DNA of 64,000 nucleotides from Chiloscyllium plagiosum (GCF_004010195.1 NC_057718.1:48667859-48731858), one strand, 5' to 3'. Shown: positions 25,376 to 37,852, counted from the first letter of the stretch. Numbers and translations: made by a program. The notes: generated from the letters alone by a model not told the origin.

Positions 25376-28286
25376 AACATACTTGAGAGTCAAATAGCCT
25401 TCTTCTGCTCCTGTGCCTTAGAGAATTAGCAAAGTGTCCTTTGCTTAAAAGTTCAAGATGTGTACAGGTCCACATAACCTTTTAAAAGCAAAACTTCAGA
25501 AACACCTTTTCAAAACAATATACAGTATTAGGATCTAAAATATCTAGTATAAAATGTTTTCAAAGCGGACAACATGTCCTCAGGAGAAACACTATCTTTA
25601 AATTTGGACAGCCTATTGAAGTCTGAGGTCTCCTTCACTACTTCTTTGGACAAGTGGGATTCTCTTTGAAGGTTCTGTGTAGACATGATGGGCTGAATGG
25701 CTTCTTTCCATGCTATAGGGAGTCTATGATTCTGTTCTATGGTTCTAAGCAATTGACAACCTGAGCAGCAACAGCCTGCAGAGTTAACAATGTCTGTATA
25801 TTGGTGTCTATCTCTGGCCTCACAAGCCTCTGAATACTTTCAACATTCCTAAACTAATACATTGAATAGAAAGCCTCTGGGAATGTGTAATGTTTTCACT
25901 CCTGTTTAAATAGTATTGTCCATTTTTATGTCAAGTTCTGCAAATGATGTTGCAGTCTCCTCCAATTAAAACTTTGGTCCATCATCTCCATACAAAATGC
26001 AGTCAATCCCCCTCAAAATAAAACGTTGTGCACTGCTATTTGACCTTCAGGCTGTTGACATCATCAATTGTGGGAACAAACAGTAAACAGCCGTATAGTG
26101 TTTGAGAGTTGAGTTTTTAACAGAGGAAGACATGTTTGTTCCATATGTTGCTATGATATCACAGGTCAAAGAAAGGTCTAGTAGTTGCAAAATCTTTTGC
26201 AGATTTATGTTTTGACCCTTGGCAGTCATTAATAACAGGTGACTTCTATCATCTTGGCATGGATTGCTTCCCAGATTTGGTCGCGCTGCTGGACAATACT
26301 TGCTCCCATTGTGAGGTCCAGTCATTTTACAGTCTGGCCATAAAGACACCATACATTATTTCTTAAATGTTTCATTAATTCAAAAGGAGAAAAACATTGT
26401 TTTGGCTAGACTGTTTTGAGTAGGCAAGGTTTTCCTAACAAATATCATTCTGTTTTTCACTGTTGTTATTTGATCCAAAGAAAATGATATGCAAGTGTGT
26501 TGACCTTTTTCTTTCAAAGAAAAGGAAATTGCTTTTAACAAACGCTCTTAAATGTTTTATTGTACAGATGATGATGAAGCTCCCCCTGCTACATTAAATC
26601 CTTGCTGTTGTAAAGATGTTAAATGTTTGCTTTTCTATTTCCTATTTCCATTTTATTCCCAGAGAAGAATGAAATATTTCACTCAGTATTTTTTTAAAAA
26701 CATAAACATCAAGTAATGTGAGATTGTGCTTCTGGTCCGAGACCAAATTGTACAATGGTAGAGAAAAAAAACATTTACACATTGGTAATATGTTAATAAT
26801 GCTTCTAATATTGATGTTCTTTCTAGTGTCTGATCACTGTGCAAAATGTTAAACAATTGTTGGACTCTTTAACATCTATAACACATCCAGTTTACAATAG
26901 CAAAAAAACTTGCATTCCTGTAGCAGTTTTAAAACCAGAGAATGACCCAAAGGAGCATTATTGGAGAAAAAGTAACACAAAATCAAAAACATAGTATTCA
27001 GTGGGGGTGTGGATGAGTCATTGATGTACTTTATGTTTCATTTTCAAAGGAGAAAAAATAGTGGAAAGGAATAGTCATTTAGAGAGGGAATTTCTAAGCC
27101 TATTACCAGCAACAAAGTAAGTGGGAGGTACATAAGAGATCAACTTTGGAGATGTGCAAAGTTCTCAGAACATGCAACCAAAAATAATTACTTTTAAATT
27201 GTATCCAAAACACAAAGCTGGTACAGTACCTAAAGCACCATTTGTATAGTATTCCCACCAGAGTCCCCAAACTAAAACCTCGGTAGGTTTCAGTCACTTT
27301 TGACTTCAACTGCAAGGATTCCATTATTTTGTCTATCACTGATGTCATCAGTCTGCTCTATAATATGCTAGATCATTTTGTTCTCCTTGTTAAATATATG
27401 ATTTACATTAGCTATTAGCAAATGTGAGATGTTGCACTTGGAAAGGCAAATTAGGGTAGGATTTATACACTTAATGGTAAGGCCCTGGGGAGTGTTGCCA
27501 TACAAAGAGATCATGGAGTGCAGGTTTATTGTTCCTTGAAGGTGGTGTCACAGGTAGACAGTATAGTGAAGAAGGTGCTTGGTATGCATGCTTTGGGAGG
27601 TCAAGTTGCAGCAGTATGGACAGCGCTTAGGCAACTTTTAGAAGCACATCAAAGTTTGTGGATGACACTGAGGTGAGTGGTAGAGCAAAGTGTGCGAAAG
27701 GAATTGAGTTTCAAAACATGGAGGTTATGTTGCAGCTGTACAGGGTGGTGGTGAGGCCACACCAGGACTACTGCGTGTATTTTGCTCTCCTTACTTGAGA
27801 AAGGATGTACTGACACTAGAAGGATCCAGAAAAGGTTCACTAGTTGATTCCGGAGTTGAGAGGGGTTGGTTTATGAGGAGAGACTGAGTAGACTGGGATT
27901 ATATTCATTGGAATTTAAAAGAATGAGGGGCGATCTTATAGAAACATTTAAAGTTATGAAGGGAATAGATAGGATAGAAGTAGAGAGGAGTTTCCATTGG
28001 TGGGTGGAACTAGGACAAGGGCGCATAACCTCAAAATTAAGGGGAGCAGATTCAGAACTGTATTGAGAAGGAACTTCTTTATCCAGACGGTTGTGAATCT
28101 ATGGAATTCCTCGTCTAGTGAAGTAGTTGAGATTTCCTCTGTAAATATTTTTAAAGCTAAGATAGATAATTTTTTGAACAGCAAAAGAATTAAGGAAAAT
28201 GGTGAGAGGGTGGGTAAGTGGAGCTGAGGCCACGAAAAGATCAGCCATGATCTTACGGAATGGCAGAACAGGCTTAAGGGGCCAGA

Positions 28287-28500
28287 TTAGAGTGGTGCTG
28301 GAAAAGCACAGCAGGTCAGGCAGCATCCGAGGAGCAGGAAAATCAATGTTTCGGGCAAAAGCCCTTCATCAGTAAGGGCTTTTGCCCGAAATGTCGATTT
28401 TCCTGCTCCTCAGATGCCTCCTGACCTGCTGTGCTTTTCCAGCACCACTCTAACCTAGACTCTGGTTTCCAGCATCTGCAGTCCTCATGTTTGCCTAGTC
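28287..28500. mobile_element. Short inverted-repeat PLE-terminus insertion
   Basis: 80-bp arms 28287-28366 / 28374-28453 with a 7-nt loop; 11-bp TSD aaggggccaga at 28276-28286 and 28501-28511. Confidence 0.85.
28345..28372 (-). ncRNA. Minimal hammerhead ribozyme motif
   Basis: Minus strand CTGATGA-A-GGGC-TTTT-GCCC-GAAA-CATT; the opposite arm reads GAAATGTC. Confidence 0.5.
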
Positions 28501-28874
28501 AAGGGGCCAGAAGTACCTGAAGTGTAGAGAGAGGCTGAATAGGCTGGATCTATTTTCCCGAGAGTGTCAGAGACATTACAGAAGTTTATAAAATCATGGG
28601 GTCATGGAGAATGTGATTAGTCAAAGTCTTTTCCCCAATAGGGGAGTCCAAAACTAGAGGGCATAGTTTAAGGTGAGAAGGAAAATATTTAAAAGGGATC
28701 CAAGGGAACTCTTTTCATGCCCAGGGTTGTGTGTGTGTATAGTATCCTCTTGGAGCTTTCTTTGATCCTTGCTTTATTTTAACTGTACATATTTCATTGC
28801 TTATTTTATCAGTCAGTGTTATGTCTACTTGCTCTGTCCTCCTGTTAAATACTGAAGTAAAATAATTATTTTAT

Positions 28875-29353
28875 ACAACTACACTCAAGAAGCTTGACAC
28901 CATCCAGGATAAAACAACCCGCTTGATTGGCACTACATCTACAAACGTTCAATCCCTCCACCACCGGCGCTCAGTAGCAGCAGTGCGTACTATTTACAAG
29001 ATACACTGCAGAAATTCACCAAAGACCCTTAGGCAGCACCTTCTAAACCCATGACCACTTCTATCTAGGAGAATAAGGATAGCAGGTACTTGGAGATACC
29101 ACTCCAAGTATCTCCAAGAGTTCCCCTTCAAGCCACTCACCACCCTTACTTGGAATTATACTGCCATTCCTTCACAGTTGTTGGGTCAAAATCCTGGCAT
29201 TCCCTCCCTACCGGCATTGTGGGTCAACCCACAGCAAGTGGACTGCAGTGATTTAAGTAGGCAGCTCACCACCACCTTCTCAAGGGCCAATAGGGATGGG
29301 CTATCAATGCTGGCCAGCCAGCAATGCCGAAGTCCCGCAAATGAATAAAAAAA
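28875..29353 (+). mobile_element. Family-B (CR1/L2-group) LINE 3' end
   Basis: TTLKKLDTIQDK...SLHHRRSVAAV C-terminus; tail gcagctcaccaccaccttctcaagggc...gaataaaaaaaa repeated at 41790-41877, 52990-53105 and 63900-63970. Confidence 0.7.
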
Positions 29354-29639
29354 ACCAAGTCATCACCTTTACTATTATTGTGGCATAAATCTGTTTATAC
29401 TTCTAACTCTCAGATGCCTCTTTGTATTGAGATGTTATGTTTGGCTTGAGATTGTCTCCAATTTTGAAATTACTTCTCTTTGGACAATGTACGTTTATAC
29501 AATGATTATATGGTCATACACCACTGTTGTCAAGTGTTGTCTCTTCTTGTGGTACCCTTTCATCACTTGCTCTACTGGACTCTACTTTGATCACTCTTTT
29601 ACACAAAGTTGCCTGACCTTTATGCATTACTAGTCAATT

Positions 29640-31340
29640 TTGTGAGCTCCACAAATTTGTCTAAATTGGCTCTGACTTGCTGGTTATAGCTACAGAATGA
29701 GACTCTTTTCTACAATAGCAACATCTTTTTTTGCTTGATTCACTGTTGCTCTTGCAAGTGTATCCACTTTAACTTGCAGCTTCCAGCTCGGCGAACAGAA
29801 CCACAGCAACGAGCACCCAAGCTACAAATCTTCTCACAAACTTTAACTTGCAGCTTGCTTGGAACATGGAATACACCATTGTCATATCTCAAGAGACTAA
29901 GCTTGAAACTTTGAATGCATAGAGGCATTTTTAAGATTTCTTTTGAGCTCAATAATGTTACCAAAGGCCTGTTATCTGTCTCAATTTGAAAGTACAATTT
30001 GATTATATAGTCTGTGAACCTTTCAAATCACCATCTTAATGTTAACATTTCCTTCTCTACGGGTGCCTGCCTCTGTTCAGTCTCTATCAAAGCTTTCAGA
30101 GTGAAATAGACCAGTTTTTGTGTTTTGTCAATTTCTACTTGAATAAAGACTGTTCCTAACCCTGAACAATGCATCCACAGCTCTATGGTGTGTTAACCTG
30201 GATTGTGTAGAGTATGGAGCTCTCAGAGGAGGTGGTGGAAGCTGATACAATTACAACATTTAAAAGGCATCCGGATGGGTATATGAATAGGAAGGGTTTA
30301 GAGGGATATGGGCCAAATGATGGCAAATGGGACTAGATTAATTTAGAATACCTCATCAGCATCAACTGGTTGGACGGAAGGTTCTGTTTTGGTGCTGTAC
30401 ATATCTGGCTGTATGGCTGTTCAACAGTCATCTGGCACCACACAGTTTTCCAGCAATCAGTTAAAATGTATAGTTATGCTTCAGCTATCTCAGAATGAAG
30501 ATATGAGAGAATTTCAGAAAAACCATTCAAGCTGTTCAAAGATTTAGGCAAATTTAAGCTGGAGTATTACATAACTCTGCAGGAAAATGCTAAACCTTTC
30601 TGCCTGTCCACTCCCAGGAAGCCTCCTCATCCTTTCACAGGAGAAATTAAATCTCAGTTAGACAGCATGATAGAAAATGGAGTCAAATCACTGATGTCAG
30701 AACCAACACTGTGGTGCTCAGGGCTAGTAAGTGATCCCAAGACAAATGAGGAACTAAGACTTCTATGCAGATTTCACTCACTGTCAATAAACATGAGGTC
30801 ACAAACTGTGATTAATTATATTAATCAGTTTTGGGGCTCTAATTTCGGCCTGCAGAGTGAATTGGATTTCTTGTTCCAATGTAAAATCCTCCTTGGATTA
30901 AAGAAAGTCTGATACCTTCTCATTCCTCACACGTGATCACTGTATAGTCTTTAATTAATTCATACCTCCACAGCTCCATAGCCACAATATGTTGCTGGAC
31001 AATATAAATCCATTTAAAATGAATGGTAGCTGGTTAAAGTAACACCATCAGAATGGTGTAATAAATATACTTTCAAATGCAGTGTCACTGATCAAATCTT
31101 GCCCATTTTGTCACTAAATTTTCTTTGGGATTAAAGTACGCATCAAATGTTTGAATCAATATATCATTCTCCATTGTATTATTTTCCCATGCTTTTTCTT
31201 ATCAAACCATCACCAGCTGTTGGATCCATGGCATATAAAAATATGCTGGCTGGATAATGATGTTTCCTTCATGTGTAAGCCTGAAATGCTTCTATAGTAT
31301 TGAACTACTGAATCCAGAACTTCCAGTTTGCTGTCATTGT
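29640..31340 (-). mobile_element. Decayed Ty3/Gypsy element with an inverted internal RT segment
   Basis: Minus: gag-like NWKFWIQ..FLYAMD..FDAYFNPKENLV..CGYG..ELIKD (30830-31340) and RNase H ALIETEQRQAPVEKE..FQIETDNRPLV..IQSFKLSLLRYD..HVPSK..DTLARA (29700-30210). Plus: RT N-terminus KPFCLSTPRKPP..SEPTLWCSGLV..PK (30500-30790). Confidence 0.8.
30215..30420 (+). mobile_element. CR1 3' end
   Basis: gaggaggtggtggaagctgatacaattacaacatttaaaaggcat...ggtgctgtac, matching other CR1 3' ends. Confidence 0.85.
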
Positions 31341-31379
31341 GAGCCTTCTGTATTCTTAACTTGTTGAGGGGGCATCAAT

Positions 31380-31570
31380 TGGCTGGATAGCTGGTTTGTG
31401 ATGTTGAGTGATGCCAACAGGACAGGTATAATTCCCACACTAGCTGTGGTCAGCATGAAGGTCAACCTCACCTGAGATATGGTGACCTTCAAGCTAAACA
31501 CAGCACCAGTGTCTTTGTCTAATGAGTATGCAGCCTGATGGTTCTCTGGGACTATGGTAACTATTACGAA
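31380..31570 (+). mobile_element. tRNA-derived SINE (third family)
   Basis: Colinear with 45575-45810 (ctggtttg..atgccaaca..catgaagg..cacctgag..ggtgacc..tctaatgag..gactatgg). Confidence 0.5.
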
Positions 31571-32116
31571 ATTGTTGAAGTTGTGTTGCCATCCTAATGT
31601 ACCATCACATCTGACTGACCTGGGGCAGTACTTAGATTTTTCCTTTGTACCATTGATGTGTTCAAATCTTGTGCTTTTCATCTCCAGAGTTACCTGGATT
31701 GGTGACTAGACTACAAATCTTTTAAGGTTCTTTATCCTGCCCTTCAGAACCTTCAGGCTCTGCAGCCCTGTATTCAAAATCTTTTAAGGTCTTTTTCCTG
31801 CCTTCAAAGTCTTCCATTTTCCAGGTCTTTTCTCATGGTCTTCCTAGGTCTTAGCCAACCTTCATAGTCTTCCTTTTTCAGTTGGACTCTCTTTTAGCTT
31901 CGGATTCTGACTCTGGAGACGTTTCACTCACTAGCTAACCCTGTGTTTTATCCTGAGCTTTAAGCCAATATATCTTCCTGAACGTTGAAGTTAAAGCCTG
32001 GAGTAACTCTGGTCTTGGGTATCTGCACATGTACCATTGCTGAAGCGTCTTGCTCCTTATTTCTAAGGAAAGCTTTTCAACTTCTTAAATATTGTGACAA
32101 TCACTTATTTACAACT

Positions 32117-32470
32117 GGGCGGCACAGTGATTCAGTGGTTAGCAATGTTGCCTCACAGCACCAGGGACCTGGGTTTGATTCCAGTCTTGGGTGACAGTGT
32201 GTAGTTTGCACGTTCTCTCTGCGTCTGCATGGATCCCCTCTGGGTGCTCCAGTTTCCTTCCGTAGTCCAAAGATAGACAGGTTAGGTGGATTGACTATGA
32301 TAAATTGCCCATGGTGCCAAGGAATGTGTAGGTTCAGTGGATTAGCAATGGGAAATGCAGGATTATGTGGATAGGATAGGGGGGTGGGATCTGGGTGGAA
32401 TGTTCTTCAGAGGGGAGGGCAAACGTGATGGACTGAATAGCCTGCTTCCACATGTAGGGTTCTATGGTTC
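32117..32470 (+). mobile_element. HE1/V-SINE-type SINE
   Basis: gggcggcacagtgattcagtggttagc (A box) ... gggtttgattcc (B box), conserved core, CR1-like tail. Confidence 0.85.
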
Positions 32471-33148
32471 TCATACGTAGTAGTGTAAGTGTAATTTCTA
32501 AGAATTCTTTCTTCAAATGCTTTTTCTAGACTAATTTATTTTCTCTGACTGAAGATAGAGTTTTCTAACTAGTTATATAATCATAATTTACATGAATCTC
32601 ACTGTACCACACTAACCCCAATTTTATCTTGTCTTTCCATAGACTAGAGAATTTCTATATGAGGGTTCATTCATGTACCTTCCTGCCTGTATTGTCTCTG
32701 GTATTTGAATCTCTCCAATGCGTATTAGTGGACAGACCTGGAATCAAACTATACTCTGGCCAAAGTGTAGTCTAGCTTGATTTCCCCTACTGTTCTACTA
32801 TTGTAGCTCAATAATCTACTATGTTTATTGATTGCATTGATGCTCAGCATTGACCCAACATGGTGTGTCTTAATTTTACATGGGCTCCAATTCTCTTTGA
32901 ATTTTACCCTTTATTATTTCAACAAGTACTCAAGCCACTTCAATCATCTTCCTAAATGCCTCCAATTGTCACCTCTCTATAATCTGCTCATTTATGTATT
33001 TTATTCCTCTCGTTCTGAATAGTCTGATATGGCTCCTCAGGTTCTATTATCCCACTGTAATTTGTCATGAGATCTTGCCTACAATGTTCTTTTCTGTAAC
33101 CAGTTCTATTCCTGAATATTTGTTAAAAATATACATTTGTTATTTATA

Positions 33149-33926
33149 AGATAAAAGATAGGGAGGAGGGACTTGGGGGAGGGGTGTTGGGAATGCGATA
33201 GCTGGAAGGGGTCAAGAGGGCTGTGCTGGATCCGAACTTTGGGACTGAGATAAGGTGGGGGGGGGGGGGGAGGGGAAATGAGGAAGCTGGAGAAATCTGC
33301 ATTCATCCCTTGTGGTTGGAGGGTTCCTAGGTGAAAGATGAGGCGCTCTTCCTCCAGGCATCATGTTGCCAACGTCCAGGGCAGTTGGGTTGGTTGGTGC
33401 GGGTGTCCCAGCCCTGTGGCTGAACACTTTAACTCCCCCTCCCACTCCGCCAAGGACATGCAGGTCCTTGGCCTCCTCCATCGCCAGACCATGGCAACAC
33501 GACGCCTGGAGGAAGAGTGCCTCATCTTCTGCCTAGGAAACCTCCAACCACAAGGGATGAATGTAGATTTCTCCAGCTTCCTCATTTCCCCTCCTCCCAC
33601 CTTATTCCAGTCCCAACCCTCGGACTCAGCACCGCCTTCCTAACCTGCAATCTTCTTCCCGACCTCTCCGCCCCCACCCCCACTCCGGCCTATCACCCTC
33701 ACCTTAACCTCCTTCCACTTATCACATTCCCAACGCCCCTCCCCCAAGTCCCTCCTCCCTACCTTTTATCTTAGCCTGCTTGGCACACCCTCCTCATTCC
33801 TGAAGAAGGGTTTATGCCCGAAATGTCGATTCTCCTGCTCCTTGGATGCTCCCTGACCTGCTGCGCTTTTCCAGCAATACATTTTTCAGCTCTGATCTCC
33901 AGCATCTGCAGTCCTCACTTTCTCCT
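33149..33926 (+). mobile_element. PLE 3' fragment with inverted 5' partial copy
   Basis: 33149-33410 is inverted relative to 33411-33926 (VAEHFNSPSH..RRLEEECLIFCLGNLQPQGMN); 14-bp TSD atttgttatttata at 33135-33148 and 33927-33940. Confidence 0.9.
33800..33827 (+). ncRNA. Minimal hammerhead ribozyme motif
   Basis: CTGAAGA-A-GGGT-TTAT-GCCC-GAAA-TGTC downstream of the PLE ORF. Confidence 0.5.
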
Positions 33927-34647
33927 ATTTGTTATTTATAGCCAATATTACCTCTGAGGTGATAATTGATGCAATGAAATTTTACATTCTTTTGGTAAAT
34001 CCAGGAATATTGTTCAGTGGTACATGACACTCAGTGGAAAAAGTCAGGGCTCAGATTGTGAACAGTAAATGGAAGCTTCTTCTGTGGTGAAAATGAGAAA
34101 ACGTTACTTGTAACAAGAGTCACACTTCTGTGGAATGACTTGACTGTACTTCCCCTAATAAAATACCTCAGGCTTTAAGACAACCAGAAGAATTGTATCT
34201 GGAAAGATTTAACTTTCAATCTCTTGCATGGAGTTTCCAAAAAAAGTAAACCTCAGCAGATTTTCAGAACCACTATTAGACAACCCTAAAGAATTGGGAA
34301 GTATTGTTGAAACAACAGAACTTACTAAATGTGTTATAATAATCTGACTCACATTGCACATTTCAAACATAGTCTTTTAAATAATTTAAGGATTAAAGTT
34401 ATGCTGTTATTTTTTCATTTACAACAAGACAGAAGTGATAGGATGGAATAATTTTAATCCCATCCATCAGAGGCAATTGATCTACTAATTCAAATTATCC
34501 AGGTTATTTACCTGCTCTGGAGCTTCTGGGAGATAACCATTTTAACCTGCCGTACTGAACGGATGGGAAGGACATCTGTCCAAAGCTGATTTGAGGGTAA
34601 GGAGGTGGCTGGGAGCATCTGGAATCAAACTGCATTGTTAGCCGGAT

Positions 34648-35820
34648 AGAGTCATAGAGTCATAGAGATGTACAGCATGGAAACAGACCCTTCGGTCCAA
34701 CCCGTCCATGCCGACCAGAAATCCCAACCCAATCTAGTCCCACCTGCCAGCACCCGGCCCATATCCCTCCAAACCCTTCAAATTCATACACCCATCCAAA
34801 TGCCTCTTAAATGTTGCAATTGTTCCAGCCTCCACCACTACCTCTGGCAGCTCATTCCATACACATATCACTCTCTGTATGAAAATGTTGCCCCTTAGGT
34901 CTCTTTTATATCTTTCCCCTCTCACCCTAAACCTATGCCCTCTAGTTCTGGACTCCCCGACCCCAGGGAAAAGACTTTGCCTATTTATCCTATCCATGCA
35001 CCTCATAAGTTTGTAAACCTCTATAAGGTCACTCCTCAGCCTTTGACGCTCCAGGGAAAACAGTCCCAGACTGTTCAGCCTCTCCCTATAGCTTGAATCC
35101 TCCAACCCTGGCAACATCTTTGCAAATCTTTTCTGAACCCTTTCAAGTTTCACAACATCTTTCCGATAGGAAGGAGATCAGAATTGCACGCAATGTTCCA
35201 ACAATGGCCTAACCAATGCCCTGTACAGCTGCAACATGACCTCCCAACTCCTGTACTCAGTATTCTGACCAATAAAGGAAAGCATACCAAACGCCTTCTT
35301 CACTATCCTATCTACCTGCAACTCCATTTTCAAGGAGCTATGAACCTGCACTCAAAGGTCTCTTTGTTCAGCAACACCCCCTAGGACCTTATCATTAAGT
35401 GTATAAGTCCTGCTAAGATTTGCTTTCCCAAAATGCGGCACCTTACATTTATCTGAATTAAACTCCATCTGCCACTTCTCAGCCCATTGGCCCCTCTGGT
35501 CCAGATCCTGTTGTAATCTCTNNNNNNNNNNNNNNNNNNNNNNNNNNNNNNNNNNNNNNNNNNNNNNNNNNNNNNNNNNNNNNNNNNNNTGTCGAACGCC
35601 TTACTGAAGTCCATATAGATCACATCTACTGCTCTGCCCTCATCAATCTTCTTTGTTACTTCTTCAAAAAACTCAATCAAGTTTGTGAGGCATGATTTCC
35701 CATGCACAAAGCCATGTTGACTATCCTGAATCAGTCCTTGCCTTTCCAAATACATGTACATCCTGTCCCTCATTATTCCCTCCAACAACTTGCCCACCAC
35801 CGAGGTCAGGCTCACTGGCT
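34648..35820 (-). mobile_element. Young CR1, 5'-truncated, spanning an assembly gap
   Basis: SLTSVVGKLLEGI..QHGFVHGKSCLTNLIEFFE..YMDFSKAFD; C-terminus KLERVQKRFAKM; (gactctat)n tail at 34648-34667. Confidence 0.93.
35522..35589. other. Assembly gap (68 N)
   Basis: Run of N. Confidence 1.
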
Positions 35821-36079
35821 TGAGGGCTCAGTGTCTAGCCCTGAAGACCTAACACTACTGCAACTAAATTTCTAATCAGCTCATATGATAGGGCAAGGTC
35901 TTTGACTACATGGTTGAATGACAGTTCCTACCCATCACTCCAATGGCTTCTACATTGTTCAATACATCACAATCCCCATCATTCATACAGCATCACTCCC
36001 TGGTACTCAGGACTCATGCCTAACACCTAGGCTTTCATCAATTACTGACCAATGTTGTCAGCCTCAAGCCTAACACTTA

Positions 36080-36210
36080 CTTAAGGGCTACGGGGAGAAT
36101 GCGGGTAAGTGGAGTTGAAATGCTGATCAGCCATGATTGAATGGCAGAGTGGACTCGATGGGCCGAATGGCCTTACTTCCGCTCCTATGTCTTATGGTCT
36201 TATGGTCTTA
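36080..36210 (+). mobile_element. CR1-type 3' tail
   Basis: gatcagccatgattgaatggc...gggccgaatggcc...(tcttatgg)n tail. Confidence 0.75.
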
Positions 36211-36498
36211 TATACAGATCATTGTCCTATAATGCACGTTTCGTCAATGCGGTTTGGCTTTAATGTGAATGGAGAATTGGGGAATGATATTTTAAAAACA
36301 CAAACTCCCATTAGCGATTATGTGATTCCATCCCCGGTTACCTTAGGTCCACTCTAGGTGTTCACTTCAGGTCAAGCCAAAGAGGTTGGATGACGTGGTA
36401 AATTTTTTCTAAGGTGTTCGAAGATGTTTTAAGAAATTATTGCAGAAGAAAAGATTTGGATTTGAAGATTTTCCTCATTCTGGCCAATGCACCAAGCC

Positions 36499-36720
36499 GG
36501 AGGAGAAAGTGAGGACTGCAGATGCTGGAGATCAGAGCTGAAAATGTGTTGCTGGAAAAGCGCAGCAGGTCAGGCAGCATCCAAGGAACAGGAGAATCGA
36601 CGTTTCGGGCATAAGCCCTTCTTCCTCATTCCTGAAGAAGGGCTTATGCCCGAAACGTCGATTCTCCTGTTCCTTGGATGCTGCCTGACCTGTTGCGCTT
36701 TTCCAGCAACACATTTTCAG
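36499..36720. mobile_element. Very young inverted-repeat PLE-terminus insertion inside Tigger
   Basis: 88-bp arms 36537-36624 / 36634-36721 with one mismatch and a 9-nt loop; perfect 14-bp TSD caatgcaccaagcc (36485-36498, 36721-36734). Confidence 0.9.
36632..36659 (+). ncRNA. Minimal hammerhead ribozyme motif (best preserved copy)
   Basis: CTGAAGA-A-GGGC-TTAT-GCCC-GAAA-CGTC: intact core, palindromic ACGT in place of helix III, GUC cleavage triplet. Confidence 0.6.
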
Positions 36721-37852
36721 CAATGCACCAAGCCATCTACCATTAGTGAGCTTTCTGAAAACATCAAAGTGCTGTTTCTACCTCCAAACGCAAACTGTCT
36801 CATTCAACCCATGGACCAGGGTACAATAGCAGCTTTTAAAGCTTATTATTTAAGGCACACATTTAAGAAGCTTATTGAAGCTAATAAGGGAGATAATCAG
36901 GTCAGTGATTTTCAGTTTTGGAAGAGCTTTAACATTAAGACTGCTATTGACATCATTGTGGAGGCCTGGGGTGGTATCACTGAGGACTGCTTGCACACAG
37001 TTTGGCTGAAACTTCTCCCAGATTTTCTTCATGATTTTAAAAGTGTTGAACCATCAGAGGAGCTTCCAACAATCAAAGAACATTGTGTTGCTCTTGCGAA
37101 GCAAGTTGGATTTGAAAAAGTGGAGACTGATCTATAACACCTTGTTGCTGCAGGGAAAATTGAAGCTTGAGATGAAGATGTTGAAGTCCAGGATGCTGCA
37201 CCATGAGAACTTCCCACTTCTCTTGAGACTTTTATTCTGAGGGAAGTTGAGAAGCAGTTGCAACTCTTACAAGACAATAGCTGCAATACAGAGTGCAGCA
37301 GGATAGCTGTTCTTATCTGGCACTCTCTATGAACAGCTTCTTCATAAAAGAAGAAAAATGGCAGAGCAGTAAAAACTCAATGCCTTTTTTAAGCCAACCC
37401 CCAAAAAGCAGTCTGAGGACAATGAACCACAGCCATCCACTTCTAGACTAAATATTTTCTTTCATCGTAACCTGCACCCAGAATTCACCTGAAAGTAATG
37501 ATGATGCTGATGATGACCATTAGCCCCATCTTAATACAGTAATGTAACTCAGCAAACTCAGAAACCCCTTAAAGTGTTAAATTTATTGATTTTAACATTT
37601 ACATAGACTGTGCCATTGTTTGTTTTAGACTAACTACTATTTTTGGTTTGAAGTTCACTGATATTGTTGGTGGTTTGCCTCAACCCTGTTTTTCCCATAG
37701 GCTCTGTTATTTTTATTACACAATTTTCTATAACACGAGGATGCACGAAAACGCAACCATTGTGTTATTGCAGAACAGACTGTACTTCTGGTTGTTCAGC
37801 TATGGAAGGCACTCAAACAAAATGCAGCACCATCACTGACATTCTTCTCTCT

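Larger units (their letters stand above)
27420..28740 (+). mobile_element. Cluster of CR1 3' fragments (at least two subfamilies)
   Basis: YEERLSRLGLYSLEFKRMRGDLIETFK, RTRAHNLKI, FFIQTVVNLWNS. Confidence 0.85.
36215..37782 (+). mobile_element. Tigger/pogo DNA transposon, internally deleted, with DDE_1 transposase remnant
   Basis: IKVLFLPPNANCLIQPMDQGTIAAFKAYYLR..FWKSFNIKTAIDIIVEAW; TA-flanked imperfect TIRs cagatcattgtcctataa / ttattgcagaacagactg. Confidence 0.88.

Noticed and set aside
36537..36721. miRNA precursor or DNA-transposon MITE
   Set aside because: The arms match the PLE terminus at 33800-33890, and TSD lengths vary among similar hairpins (9-14 bp), which fits retro-insertion.
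36487..37137. 216-aa ORF as a domesticated TIGD-like gene
   Set aside because: It starts inside the TSD and reads through the PLE hairpin into a truncated Tigger DDE fragment; it lacks the N-terminal DNA-binding domains and stops follow.
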